64,000 nt of DNA from Nemertoderma westbladi (Eukaryota; Animalia; Xenacoelomorpha): positions 33,155 to 97,154 of the forward strand of contig JAUCBJ010004452.1 in assembly GCA_032718475.1 (NCBI GenBank). The letters are read 5' to 3'. Positions 11,383 to 24,100 of this stretch are shown one piece after another. The notes beneath the pieces were generated by a model. It did not search any database. It worked only from the letters and a program-made list of their open reading frames with translations, and was not told where the DNA came from. The position numbers and the translations under genes were made by a program. The first letter of the stretch is position 1. Each line of letters starts with the position of its first letter.

Positions 11383-14004
11383 CTCCCCCCCATGCTATCT
11401 TTCCGGTGAGAAGATAGCATCAACCACTGAGTGCACTTCAATTCCGCTGGAACCCGATCTACTATCGGGTGTGGGGTGGAGTTCTCTTACTTGGAGTCGG
11501 CTTTCCAGGCTGCTCCCTCTGGGTATGATGTCACTACCCTCTCTTGGTGCAACCGCAACCTATGTTACACCAAGACATCTGGCATCTCGGTTTGAGACAA
11601 TTGTGGATTTCTCTCACACAATTTTAAAAGCTCTCTCACTCAAACTCTAACTTCTCACTCTACTCTACTTTGGCTCCACTCTAACTCCTCTCTACTCTCT
11701 CTTACTCTCTCCCCACACCTGAATCGCACTCGTCTGCACTCTCTCTCGCCAACAGCTCCTCTCCATACTCCTCTCATACTGCCCTCAAAGGCGCTAAGTC
11801 TCTTATGTTACCCCTGTGCTATCATTCTATCTACTTACTACTTACTTGCTACTTCACTCTACTAACTCTGCTAACTTTACTAACTATACCAACTATACTA
11901 ACTATACTAGCCTTCTTACTTTCTACTAACTCTCTACTAACTCTTCTAAGTCTACTAGCTCTCTACCTCTACTAACTCTCTACCTCTACTAACTCTACTG
12001 ACTACGTGGCGCTTTCGGTGCCCACAACCACTCTGCTACTACCTCTATCTACGTGGCGCTTCCGGTGCCCACAACCCCTCTATTCTCTTTCTACGTGGCG
12101 CTTCCGGTGCCCACAACCCCTCTGCTACTACTCGTGGCATGTCAATATACCACACTCCCTATACCCGCCGACTTCTAACCCTCCCGGTACTACGTACCCT
12201 CCTACTCCCGTGGTATGTCTATATACCACACTCCCTATACCCGCCGACTTCTAACTTAATGGTACTACGTACCCTCCTACTCCCATGGTATGTTAATACC
12301 ACACTCCCTATACCCGCCGACTTCTAACTTCTTACTAACTTTCTTACTAACTCCTACTTACTTACTATCTTCTAACTACTACTTACTATCTAACTTCTAA
12401 CCTTCTAACTTTCTTATTTAATTATTTTTATATTTTTACTTATTTTTAATTATTTATGTGTGGGAAGGCCGTCTCGCCCTCATTCCCACCCCCCCAGTCC
12501 AAAATATTGGACGACTAAACTTCAACTAACTTCATCTAAACTTTGAGGGCGATTCTTCCAACAGGCACTCTACCACTGCTCCCCTTGTAGGTCCTGTAGG
12601 ATTCGCCACACTCTCCTCACCAATTCCAACTCACCAGGAATTGGTTCTCCCTCTTCTACCACCCTAAAATCGGGTCACTCCGCCGCCTTGTCAATACCCT
12701 GATCTCCTGGCAGCAAAATGCCACCCTTCATCTGGTCGCCTCCCGGCAGCAGAATGGAAAGAAACTGAAAGAACAGACAAAACAGAACGAACAATAGTAA
12801 TCCTATCCCTTTCCATCTTGTCTTCTTACTCGACCTCCCCCTTGTTGGTATGCCTCTCAACCGGACCGGCGTCTCTTCCGGACACTCCTCTGGACACTCC
12901 TCCGGACACTCCTTCCGACACTCCTCCGGACTGTTGTCCTCCGGACATCTCGCCGTCCGCTCCTCCGGGTTGTCCTCCGGACATCTCGCTGTCCGCTCCT
13001 CTCCATCCCCATACCGATACTTGCTGGGACCCTTGTTCCATCCCATTGCCTCTAAGTCTTCCGCATCAAATCCATTCTCCTCCGCCCACTCCCCTACTGT
13101 TACTTCCCCATCTGGCTCATCTACCATCTCCGGTTTCTTCTCTTCGTCCTCTGCGTCTACGGTGCCTGGTAACATGCACCCTGATGTCTCCGTAACCCTG
13201 GATGGAATCTTGGTTTTAACTGGGCCACTAAGCGTCCATCCGAACAGCGTGAGGATCGCCGTCGGATCCCGCTGTCTGTCTTCGCTGAAGACCGTCTGCA
13301 TTCTCTCGTGGGCCGTCGGGCAGTCCATTCCTACTATAATGGATACCTTCCTAACGTCCACCTCTGGTATTGATAAATCGATACTGTCCAGGAATCTATA
13401 TTGTTCGACTTCAATGTTGGTTGGTCGCCTGGCATTGATATTTATCGATTCACCTGGATGGGGTCGATCATCGCCCCATAATCGCATCCCGGTGCTATTG
13501 CTGCTATCTTGCACCGCTCCGTCCTCATCTCCAGGACCTCATCCGTACTTGAGACGGTAGTTACCGCCATCCTATTCAGCCTCGTCTTTAGCCCTATCTC
13601 TTCTGCCACCCAATTCTCCACCAGCGTGAAGGCTGCTCCGCTGTCGACCAGCATTAATGTTGTGACTGATCGGCCACCTCGTCCTGTTATCTCACTGGTA
13701 CTACCCCGAGTAGTACTTTCCTCTTTCTCCTTACTCCTGTCGTGCTCGTAGCCATGGTTTGGCCTCCAGTCTCATCCTCTCCTATTGCTGTTTATCTACA
13801 CTCTCCGGATCTGTGTCCTTCTACCACACAATGATGACATAGTCTGTTTGCGTCTGTGTAGGCTACACGATCTTGTTTGGGCAACGCTTGCCAGTGCTTA
13901 CAACTCATGGTCTTATGGGTTCCATCCCTATGCAGTTGACATTCGAATCCTGGATTGTAGCGTTCCCTGTATAGTCCCTCACGTATCGCGCGTAGGTTTA
14001 TATC

Positions 14005-14553
14005 TGTTTCGCTCATGAGCGAAAGTTACTACTGTACTTAAAAAAGTATAATCCCGTTTAAGTTATTTTGAGAGACAGATATACTGGTTACCGCAGTACC
14101 GGTACGAGAATTTATTATTGTATTATTGTATTATTTTTGTTGCATTGAATGTAGGCCTACCTTTTCAGTGTATAGCTGTATTGCGTTTGGAGGTGGACAG
14201 ATGGGCCTACCGCTGTACGGCAGTAAGGCTTCTACCGGCTGTGTGGTGAATATTGTTTATACTTATGTCTTTGAGGAGTGGAGACAGAACTGGTTCGAAT
14301 CTATCTACTGTCAGACTGTTGCTGCATGTATTCGAATTCAACCAACCGTATAGTTTTTGAACCAACCCTGTATTTGGTATTGATTGAAGCTTACTATTTA
14401 CTGATTTATATATATGTATGTACGTGTTTCGATGGACCCCGTATGCCGTATTTATTATTAATATAAAAGCAACTAAGCTTTTACTGCAATGGCAGTTCTG
14501 GGTGTAGATCTTTTTTCATTATATTATTTCATCGATGGTGGCACGGTGAAACA
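14005..14553. mobile_element. Solo LTR (549 bp) of another family inserted in gag of element B
   Basis: Ends TGTTTC…GAAACA with 5-bp TSD ATATC (14000-14004 / 14554-14558). Removing it restores gag NSKQVDINLRAIRE, matching NTKPLDMNLRTICE in A. Confidence 0.85.
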
Positions 14554-17123
14554 ATATCTACCTGTTTACTGTTTTGGTTATCTGGACTCGGCCTACTGGG
14601 TGTGCTGGGATCTTGTTTATTTGTGTTGTTATTTTCTTTCTGTCCCTGCCACGGTGTGGCCTTACTCCCAGCTAACTGTGGACTAGCAGTCCCCTGTGTG
14701 GCCGCGTGTGGTAGCGATTGTCTTACTCTCGGGAATGGATCTGCAGGATTGTGTTCGGGTTTAGGCCTGTTGTATTCGGTCTTCGGTGCCTTCCCCAAAC
14801 TATCCTCACTATAGACTGGGTCTGTAATCAACTCGGCTTCGTAGTTGAAGAAGTTTGACATTTCCTCTAGCCCTGGCTCCGCACCTTTCTTCTCCCGAGT
14901 GGAGAAGGCGATCTTCCTCCACTTGCTCCATAACCAGATCGGCAGTGCCTGCGCTATCGTGGTGATGTTATTAGATGCGTTGAGTTCGTATGGCGCGTCT
15001 AGCATCTTCAACACGATTAGCGCCTTCTCAACTTTGTTCGCAAACGTCTTTATACTAACGGGGTTATCCTGTAGGCCACCCAATCTTGGCCGGGTGCCCG
15101 TACTCCCTGTCTAGCGCCCGCCATGCTGTCGTGAAGCCTCCCTCGATGCCCTGGTACTGCCTCACGATGTCGTATGCTGGGCCTCCTGTATACACCTGTA
15201 GATATTTTAGGCACTCTGCCTGTGTCAGGTTCTTTGTCAATATTTCATTGCTGTACATGCGCCGAAATTGCAGGTATTCTTCCGGCCTACTTCCATCGAA
15301 TTTAAATGGTTCTACAGGTGGTAACTCGATTCTGGTCTTCAATGCATCGATTAATGTAGCCATTCCCATCGCCTGTGCTTCCAATGGGTTCGATGGATGC
15401 TGTACAGATTCTCCCGTTGGGTGCGGTCCGCCTGTCCTGTCTGTTGCCCTCCTTTGCGTCGGATATATCATTGGGGGTAACGGCTCCCTCCATATTTCCG
15501 TGTCACAAGATTTGTTCTTGTCCAGGGGATTCGATGTTCTTATTCCTGTTTGAGTATATTGTTGATATTGTGATGGGGGAATGTCACCCTGCCCCCCCCC
15601 CCCTCCCCACCAGTATGTTTGGTACTGGGGTTGATGTTAATATATTGGGGCCCATACACCTATCCGCAATAACTCTCCCCTCCCCTGGATATATGTTATG
15701 TCCCTGCATATTATAGTCATGCTGCTGTGCTGGTACCGATATAGGCCTATCCACTTCTTGCCTACCTACTGGCATGTACTCCGCGACTTCCGGATCTAAT
15801 CCCGTCGTTCGCGCTACCCTATCGCCTACACTATCTCTCCCAGCATGGCCTATAGTATGTGCAGTAAGGCCTACAGTATGTTCTGCAGTCTGCATGTGCC
15901 CTTCCGAACCGAGGTTTAATCTTCTCGAATCTCGAACCTCCCCGCGACTACCATACTCTCGATCGGCAGCTATATCCCATCGGGAAGTTTCTCTTCGATC
16001 CCCTCTCCTGTTCTCGTCTTCGTATCGGTACGTCCTGTACCCCTCTCCTGGCGTGTGGTGCGTCTCTCCAGGGCGACGGCAATCTCCCGGAGTTCGACCC
16101 CACTGACTCCCTAACTCCATCTCTACTACCGACAGTTCGCTATCTGTCCTTACTCTTCGGTTGCTCGTAGCAACGATTCTTCTATTCTCTTCACTTCTTC
16201 TCTCTTCGACCTCCCGGTTACACTCTACTATTCTTCTTCTCTCTTCCGACTGACGTCTTCTCGCTCGCCCACTCTCGGCGCTAACATCTGACTCTACTCT
16301 GTCCGGCTGGACCCTCCTGGGGATACTCGCCATCCCCCTACTATTCTCCGTCGTCGGGTGCTGCGGTTCACCTATCTCGCCGACGCCTGTGGGACATTCT
16401 CTGCCCCCCCCCCCCTCTCGCTACTAATCTCTCGTGGTGGGGCGCCTGTAGCCCCCCCCCCCCCCCCCCACCTGCTGCTTCTTACTTCACTACCTCTTAC
16501 TTCACTTCTACGTCCTTCTTGTGGGGCACTCTCTGCCCCCCCCTCTCTCGCCACTAATCTTCCGTGGTGGGGTGCCCGTAGCCCCCCCCCCCCCCCCCCC
16601 CACTCGCCACTTCTTACTCCACTACCTCTTACTTCGCTTCTAAGCCCCTCTTGTGGGACATTCTCTGCCCCCCCTCTCTCGCCACTAATCTTCCGTGGTG
16701 GGGCGCCCGTAGCCTCCCTCCCCCCACTCGCCACTTCTTACTTCGCTACCTCTTACTTCGCTTCTACACCCCTCTCTAGTCGACGCACTGTCTCTACTGC
16801 AGCTGGGTCTACTCACCCCCGCCTCTCCCTGTGCAACTGCGTGGCCTGGCAGGCTCCCGTTGGGTTGACTCACCCCCGTTACTCCCTGCCTAACATACGT
16901 GGCCTTGCAAGCTCCCGTCGGGGTCACTCACCCCCGCTACTCCCTGCGTACTAACTACGTTGCCTTGCAGGCTTCGGTTGGCCGGACCACCTGTGTCTTC
17001 TATATTAGTATTAATAGCCCCGTTATCAATATTATTATTTTCTAAATTATTCAAATTATTTGAATTATTCTGTATATTTAAATTTAAATTATTATTATTT
17101 TGTGTATTTGAATTAGAATTATT

Positions 17124-17352
17124 TTTTTTTAATTATAATAATTATTTATTTTATTAATAATATCCAAATCCATTAAACCAAAATTAAATATAAAACTGCA
17201 CCAGCATCCCACCACCAATCAGAACAAAACAATTAAGACAATAAGATTTAACATACAATTAAAAATGGTGCACCGTGAGTTAATAATGGTCTGCGAGGTC
17301 ATTCCCCCGCAGACCCGCACCATCCCCAAAGCCCAGCGCCCTCCAGGGACGC
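17124..17352 (-). mobile_element. Short retroposed (LINE 3' end/SINE-like) fragment in gag of B
   Basis: GC-richer segment with adjacent T-run, flanked by ATTAGAATTATT (17112-17123 / 17353-17364). The host region is itself repetitive, so the TSD is weak evidence. Confidence 0.4.
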
Positions 17353-18926
17353 ATTAGAATTATTCAGATTATTTTGAATATTTGAATTAGAATTATTATT
17401 TTCTGTATTTAAATTAAAATTATTATTTTCTGTATTTAAATTAAAATTATTATTTTCTGTATTTAAATTAAAATTATTATTTGGATTATTTGTATTTAAA
17501 TTAGAATTACCGGATAAAACATTACTTCCTGCAATGAAAGTTTGGTTAGGGTTGTCTAATACGGTACTATTAATATTAATTTCTTCTAATGTATTTTTAT
17601 TACCCCCCCCCCCCCCCCGCCCGTACGGTTACACCAGTTCTGGTTCTGTCGTCCGGTGCCTGTAAGTGGGATATTAACAAACGTTTCCACTACTTCTGGC
17701 TCCTCGTAAATACTACCCGAGCCAGCCTCACTCTCCGATAGTCCCAACTGCGCCAGTTCTAGTCGGCGCTTCTGCTTGGCCTGATACTGCATAAGCCCCC
17801 TTAGCCGGGCATGCATATCATCCCGCATACACTTTCCCGCTCTCTCTCTCTCTCTATCCTCCCGTAAACTCTGCTCGGCCAACTCTGCCTCTCTCGCCTC
17901 CCGCTCTCTACAGTTTCTCGCCACCCTCTCAGCCCTCTCTTTATTCTCTCTCACTAACTCTCTCTCTTTCTCTAATAACGCAGTTCCCTCATCCAACTGC
18001 CTCTCTAATTCTTTCTGGTCTAGCGCCGCAATGTCTAGTTGACACGCCAGATCTATCTCTAACACCCTTCTTGCTTTGGCGGAGGATGTAGCGGACTTAT
18101 CGGTCACGACGGACTCCCGTCGCCTCTCTGTCCTACTAACTTTCCCCCACTTTCCAGGGTTCTCGCTAACCGACGAGACCGAATCCTCGGAGTTAACCTC
18201 GGGTTCGCCCTCGTGCGGGTCTGCCCAACCCACTAACTTAATCCCCCTAGCATCCACTAAATACGGCCCTATGTACACTACTTGGGGCTCCATTATCCCG
18301 GATCGCCACAGTTCAAATAGTTCAGTGGCGACCCCCCTCGCTCTCTCACTGGCTAGTTCTCCCTGTCCGAAGCGAACTAGGTATCTAAAATGTTTATTCG
18401 ACTCACCTAGTCGCTGGCTCAACTTCCCTTGGTCTATCTTTACTCCTTCTCTGGCTCTGGCCTCCTTGAGCTGTTTCTTTGTTGCGTTGTAGGCTCGTCG
18501 GAGCCAGTCACTGGTTCCGACGTCCTCGTCGCCGACCTCTCCTCCTCCCCTCCTGGTACGGCGTCGTACCGGCGGCCCCACCGTCGCCGTTCCGGTGGGC
18601 CATCCGTCGCCCTCAGCCTGTAGCTGGCCGGCGACATCGGTACTTCGACCGCCATCGTGCGTTGACTCGTCCTCTCGTCCTGGTAGATGGCCGCCCTCCG
18701 CTTGGGCTGCCGGATCGTCTCTCTCCGGCGAGTCCGGCATTGCGGGTCGATACTGTCGCGTCGCGGCCTCACGGATCGTTTCGTTGGTATCATCCAGGGT
18801 CCGCGGCGGTGTCGTCTCTCCCTCTAGATTTCAGGGTTCTCCGCTCATCTTTTAGCATCCTCCCTGGTGGCTGGCAGTCACAGTTCTAGCAGTACCTTAG
18901 ACTTTAGTACTAGGTGACTTTAGTAC

Positions 18927-19505
18927 TGTGACGAGATCAGAGGATCCCGACCGGTCAATTTATGTTACGCGTCACTGCACGATCGAGAAAAGAGTTTGTT
19001 GTTGTTATTCTGATCTTGATATAAACTGATGATAATATAATATATGTAATAGCGCAGTTGAAATAATGCAGTAAAGAATGATGTACCGGTAGTGATTGAT
19101 AATATAGGTGACGGACGGTGACAGTACTAAAGTGTCACCGATCTGCTCTACGTGACTGAGATAACTGAATGGTAATGCAAGTTGATTGATAATATATATT
19201 CACTCTTACACTACTGCGGCCTTAGTACCTAGTGGATGCTCTCTTCCCTGTCCCTGATTGGCTAGTGCGCTAATTCTCGGCTCCCACCTCTGTGGGAGTG
19301 CTTCCCCCCCCCGCTGCTGTTACTTTCCCTCTCCAGGAGGTTTAACCTCTGACCTCCCTTTGTGTGGCTCTTTGGGGTTTGTTGTCCCCGTTATTGGTTG
19401 TGTGATACGAGGTTAATTGGGATTAATCTCGTATCCCCAATATTGCTAAAAGGCGCCACTGCTCTAACTCTATGGGGGTAATGAGTGGAATTGAATCCGC
19501 TCACA
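18927..19505 (-). repeat. 5' LTR of element B
   Basis: Direct repeat of 10806-11382; minus-strand TATA-like run (~19190-19200) and TCAGTT Inr-like motif (19163-19168). Confidence 0.95.
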
Positions 19506-19921
19506 GCTTCTGATAGTAGAAACGCCATCGGCTCTCTTCCGATAATCACGGTAATGAATAGGTTTAATAAACCTATCATTATCCAGTCCTCCTGTAAGAT
19601 ATATCTCTTCTGATATATCTTTATCGCTCGCCTTCGGAACTGATATACCTCCTGCTTTCCTGGTCTCGCTCCCCATTTCAGCGAGTTCGCAAGTTCTGTT
19701 TGTTTTGGCAAGTTCCTGGAAGAATACGGAGCGGAACTTGCTCCAGTCCATCGGCTTGTGGCAGACGAGCCCCATTAGTTGGCCCATCGCCATGGCTCCG
19801 CAATGTCCCGTGTTCTCCACCAATCCCAACCCCTCTGGTCTCATCATAGCCATATAGACTACTTGCATGTCCAGGAGATAGTCTTCTCCGACTTTCTCCT
19901 CTTTACTAACTTCTCTGCCAT
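19506..19921 (-). pseudogene. N-terminal/exonuclease part of accessory ORF of element A (internally deleted)
   Basis: MAEKLVKRRKSEKT is joined directly to LLDMQVVYMAMMRPEGLGLV…IYQKRYILQEDW; homologous to 29796-30760 of C. Confidence 0.85.
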
Positions 19922-20306
19922 CACAAACTTTCCCGCTCTCACCTAACTGGTGGGGCCTTACAAAGGCTCAGTTTAAGTGAGGGTGGTTAAACAGGATGTT
20001 AAAAGTTTCATTCAGTGATAGCCTATGTCCTACGTTATGCTTTTCTTGGTTTTGCTATTATTTATATTCCCCCTTCCTGTGATATTAATAACTGTCACCG
20101 GATTAGTTACTTAAGTAACCCCTCTACTTGTATACAGAGAAGACTAGCTATAATTTTTTATTACTGCGCTAGCTTCCTACCAGACAGCTTTCTGGCTCTG
20201 TAACAATTGCCTATACTTACACTACGGGCTGTGCGGTACAGTAGTCTATTTCGTGAGGCCTACACAGTCTATCCTGCTGTACCCATGTGCCCCCCGCTTC
20301 CCTCCG

Positions 20307-20832
20307 TGGCGCCCTCAGTGCCCACAAGTTCTACGGTACTATGTACCCTACTACTCTGGTATGCGTACATACCCCCCAATTCCTCACGTGGCGCCCTCAG
20401 TGCCCACAGCTTCTACGGTACTGTGTACCCTACTACTACGGTATGCATACATACCCCCCAATTCCTCATGTGGCGCCCTCAGAGCCCACAGGCTCTACGG
20501 TACTATATACCCTACTACTATGGTATGCCTACATACCCCCCAATTCCTCACGTGGCACCCTCAGCGCCCACAAGTTCTACGGTACTATGTACCCTACTAC
20601 TACGGTATGCGTGCATACCCCCCAATTCCTCACGTGGTGCCCTCAGCGCCCACAAGTTCTATGGTACCATGTACCCTACTACTATGGTATGCGCACATAC
20701 CCCCCAATTCCTCATGTGGCGCCCTCAGCACCCACAACTTCTACGGTACTATGTACCCTACTACTACGGTATGCACACATACCCCCCAATTCCTGACATG
20801 GCGCCCTCAGTGCCCACAGGTTCTACGGTACT
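20307..20832. repeat. 82-bp tandem repeat (~6.5 copies) between pol remnant and accessory ORF in A
   Basis: GGCGCCCTCAG recurs every 82 bp; degenerate relatives lie at ~12005-12330 (B) and ~29095-29305 (C). Confidence 0.9.
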
Positions 20833-21019
20833 TAAATTAGGTACGTTGGTACATTATTGTACCCTTCCGACATACATAATTCTAACTACCTACTAATATC
20901 TACTATCTACATTACTAAGTACTTATTTTATTATTTTGCTTATTATTTTTGTTTTTATGTGTGGGAAGGGCGTCTCGCCCTCATTCCCACCCCCCTCAGT
21001 CCAATATATTGGACTACTA

Positions 21020-21145
21020 AACTCTAAGGCGACCCTTCCAATAGACAACACTTTCCTACCGCCCTTCTGTAGGTCTTCCTATCTTTGGCCCCTATCTTTC
21101 CTCCTATCCTCACTTCCACCAATCTAATCCTTCCATCTTCGCCCC
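21020..21145 (-). pseudogene. Extreme C-terminal remnant of BEL integrase in A
   Basis: GEDGRIRLVEVRIGGKIGAKDRKTYRRAVGKCCLLEG, matching 28681-28801 of C. Confidence 0.85.
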
Positions 21146-21170
21146 CCCTCAGTCCAACTTATTGGATGAC

Positions 21171-24100
21171 TCAACAACCTAAGGGCGATTCTTCCAACAG
21201 GCAACTCTCCCACTGCACCCCTGTAGGTCCTCTTAATCTTCGCCCCACTCTCCATGTCAATTCCAACTCTCTTGGAATTGACCTTCCCTTCTCCTCCACC
21301 CTTGAATTGGGTCTTTCCGTCACCTCACTGATCTCCTCATGGTCCCCTGGCAGCAAAATGCCACCCTTCATCTTGTCGTCGCTTGGCGGTAGAATGCCGC
21401 CCTTCATGTCATCCTCCACAGTCCCTTCATCGCCTAGAACCATATAACCACCCCTGCTCACGGATTCTACAAACCTCCTCCACTCCTTCCTTGGTGGTTC
21501 CCTCGGATGCTTCGGTATCCCGAACTTCGCCTCGTATCCCTTTACTACATAGCGAAAATGCTCGAGGATCGCATTGTCCAATGACGGCGTCCCATAGGTC
21601 CCAACCAGTCATCGATCGTGCATCTCCCTAAACGGGTCTTGTAGCGCATGCGCTTTGTGACCCTTTGGTAGCAGTTTGTAGTATCCTTTCGTCTTCTCCT
21701 CCGGATGCCTCTGTGTGAAGTCCACTAGTAACTCCTTCCCAGTCTTCTCCGCTCTTGGTCTAATCTTCCCACATCTTCTCCCCTCCCACCCTGTCCTCCT
21801 ACTTGACCTCCTCCCCATCGGTATGCTTCTCAACTGGACTGGCGTCTGTTCCGGACATCTCTCTGGATCTCTCGCCGTTCACTCTTCTCCATCCTCATAC
21901 CAATACTCGACAGGAACATCTATGTTCCATCCCATCGCCTCCAGGTCCTCCGCGTTGAACCCATTCTCCTCCGCCCACTCTATTGCTGTTGCTTCTCCTC
22001 CTGACTCATCTATCAGCGGTATTTCTATGGACTTATCCTCCACCCTTTCATCACGCCCCACTATGCATGATTCCAGATTCATACCCATCCCCAACTCCTA
22101 GTGTCCTTCCCCGGGCTGCTTCTTGTTTGGGTCCTCCCCATCACCCGTCATTGGTTTCTCCTCTATGTCCTCAATAGTACCGGACAGCATGCACCCTGAT
22201 GTCTCAGACACACCAAACGGTGTCCTCGTCTTAATTGGGCCAGTGAGCATCCATCCAAATGGCGTGAGAATGGCCATCGGGTCTCACTCTCTGTCATCAC
22301 CGAAAATGGTCTGTAGTCTCTCGTGGGCTGTCGGGCAATCCATGCCGATTATGAGAGATACTTTCGGGACAGCCAGTTCGGGCACGGAGAAATCGATGTT
22401 GTCCAGGTACAGGTATTGCTCGACCTCGATCTTTGTGGGTCGCCTGGCGGTAATATTAATCGATTCTATTATTCGGATGGGTTCGATGGTATCACCATAG
22501 CAGCACCCTGGTGTTATCGCTGATATCTCGCAACACCCCGTTCTCATCCTCAAGACCTCGTCCTTACTCGAGATAGTAGTTACCGCCATTTTGCTTGGCC
22601 TCGTCCACAACCCTATCTCTTCAGCCACCCAACTTTCCGCTAGTGTGAACGCTGCTCCGCTGTCGACCAACATTAACGTCGTGACCGACCGCCCGCTCTC
22701 TCCTATTATCCACACCGGTACCACCCCGAGTAGTACCGTTCCCCTTCTCTTCGCTCCCGTGGTGCTTGTCGCCATTGTTTGGCCTCCACTTCCATGTACC
22801 TCGTCGTATTTTACTGGTGTTTCTTTGCACTCTTCGAATCTGTGTCCTCCTACCATGCATCGATGGCATAGTCCATTTATACCAGTGTAGGCTACCCGAT
22901 CTTGTTTAAGCAACGCCTGCCAATGTCTGCAATTCATGGTCTTGTGGAATCCGTTTTTATGTAATTGGCATTTGTATTTTGGATTGTAGCATTCCTTGTA
23001 TAGCGCTTCACATATCGTGCGTAGATTCATATCTAGTGGTTTAGTGTTTTGGTTATTTGGACTCGGCCTACTGGGGGTGTTGGGATTATATTTGTTCGTG
23101 TTATTATTTTGTTTCTGTCCCTGCCACGGTGTGGCCCTACTCCCAGCTGTCTGTGGACTACAAGTCCCCTGAGTTTCCGCGTACAGTAGTGATTGTCTTA
23201 ATTTTGGTAGTGCATTCGCCGCACTGTGTTCGGGTTTAGGCCTGTTGTATTCAGCTTTCGGCACCTTCCCCAGACTGTCCTCGCTGTAGACTGGGTCTGT
23301 AATCAATTCCGCTTCATAGCTAAGGAAGTTCGACATCTCCTCCAGCCCTGGCTCCGCACCTTTCTTCTCCCGGGTGGAGAAGGCGCTCTTTCTCCACTTG
23401 TTCCTCAGCCAGATCGGTAGTGCCTGCGCTATCATAGTGATGTTATTCGATGCATTGAGTTCGTAAGGTGCATCTAGGGTCTTTAATACAATCAGTGCCT
23501 TTTCGACTTTATTTGCGAAGGTCTTAATGCTGACAGGGTTATCCTGGAGTCCGCCTGATGTTATTCCCCTTAAGGTTTGTCGGATAATCTTCGCAGGATG
23601 CCCGAATTCCCTGTCCAGGGCTCGCCATGCAGTCGTGAATCTTCCTTCAATATATTTTGATATATATTTATATATTATTTTGTACACCAATATTAGGGTT
23701 ACTACTACCGGGTAAAATATTATTTCCTGCAAGAAAGTTTTGATTAGGGTTATCTATTATGGTACTATTAATATTAACTTCACCGGATGTATTATTATGA
23801 CCCCCCCCCCCCCCCCCCCCCCGGCTCGTACGGTCACACCAGTCTTGGGTCTGTCGTCCGGTACCTGTAAGTGGGGTATTAACAAAGGTTTCCATCACTT
23901 CCGGTTCCTTGTAAATACTACCCAAACCAGCCTCGCTCTCCGAAAAACCAATTTCTGCCAGTTCTAACCGGCACTTTTGTTTTGCTTGATATTGTATTAA
24001 CCCCCTCAGCCGGGTATGCATATCATCCCTCAAGCGTTTGCCTGCCCTCTCTCTCTCTCTCTCTATCCTCCCTCATACTCTGGTTGGCTAATTCTGTCTT

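Larger units (their letters stand above)
12675..18740 (-). pseudogene. gag-protease of element B, broken by frameshifts and insertions
   Basis: SEDSVSS + coiled coil, ELPPVEPFKFDGSRPEEYLQFRRMY (BEL gag), LKYLQVYTGGPAYDIV, CQLH…H…C and CHHCVVEGHRSGEC knuckles, LVDSGAAFTL protease, TLFGWTLSGP. Confidence 0.9.
10806..19505 (-). mobile_element. BEL/Pao LTR retrotransposon B nested in A (gag-PR only; no RT, no accessory ORF)
   Basis: Paired ~578-bp TG…CA LTRs, TSD GCTTC (10801-10805 / 19506-19510), PPT at 11383-11391, and gag/protease homologous to A. Confidence 0.95.

Noticed and set aside
20207-20896. Three overlapping Tyr/Pro-rich ORFs
   Set aside because: Products of the 82-bp repeat cycling through frames.
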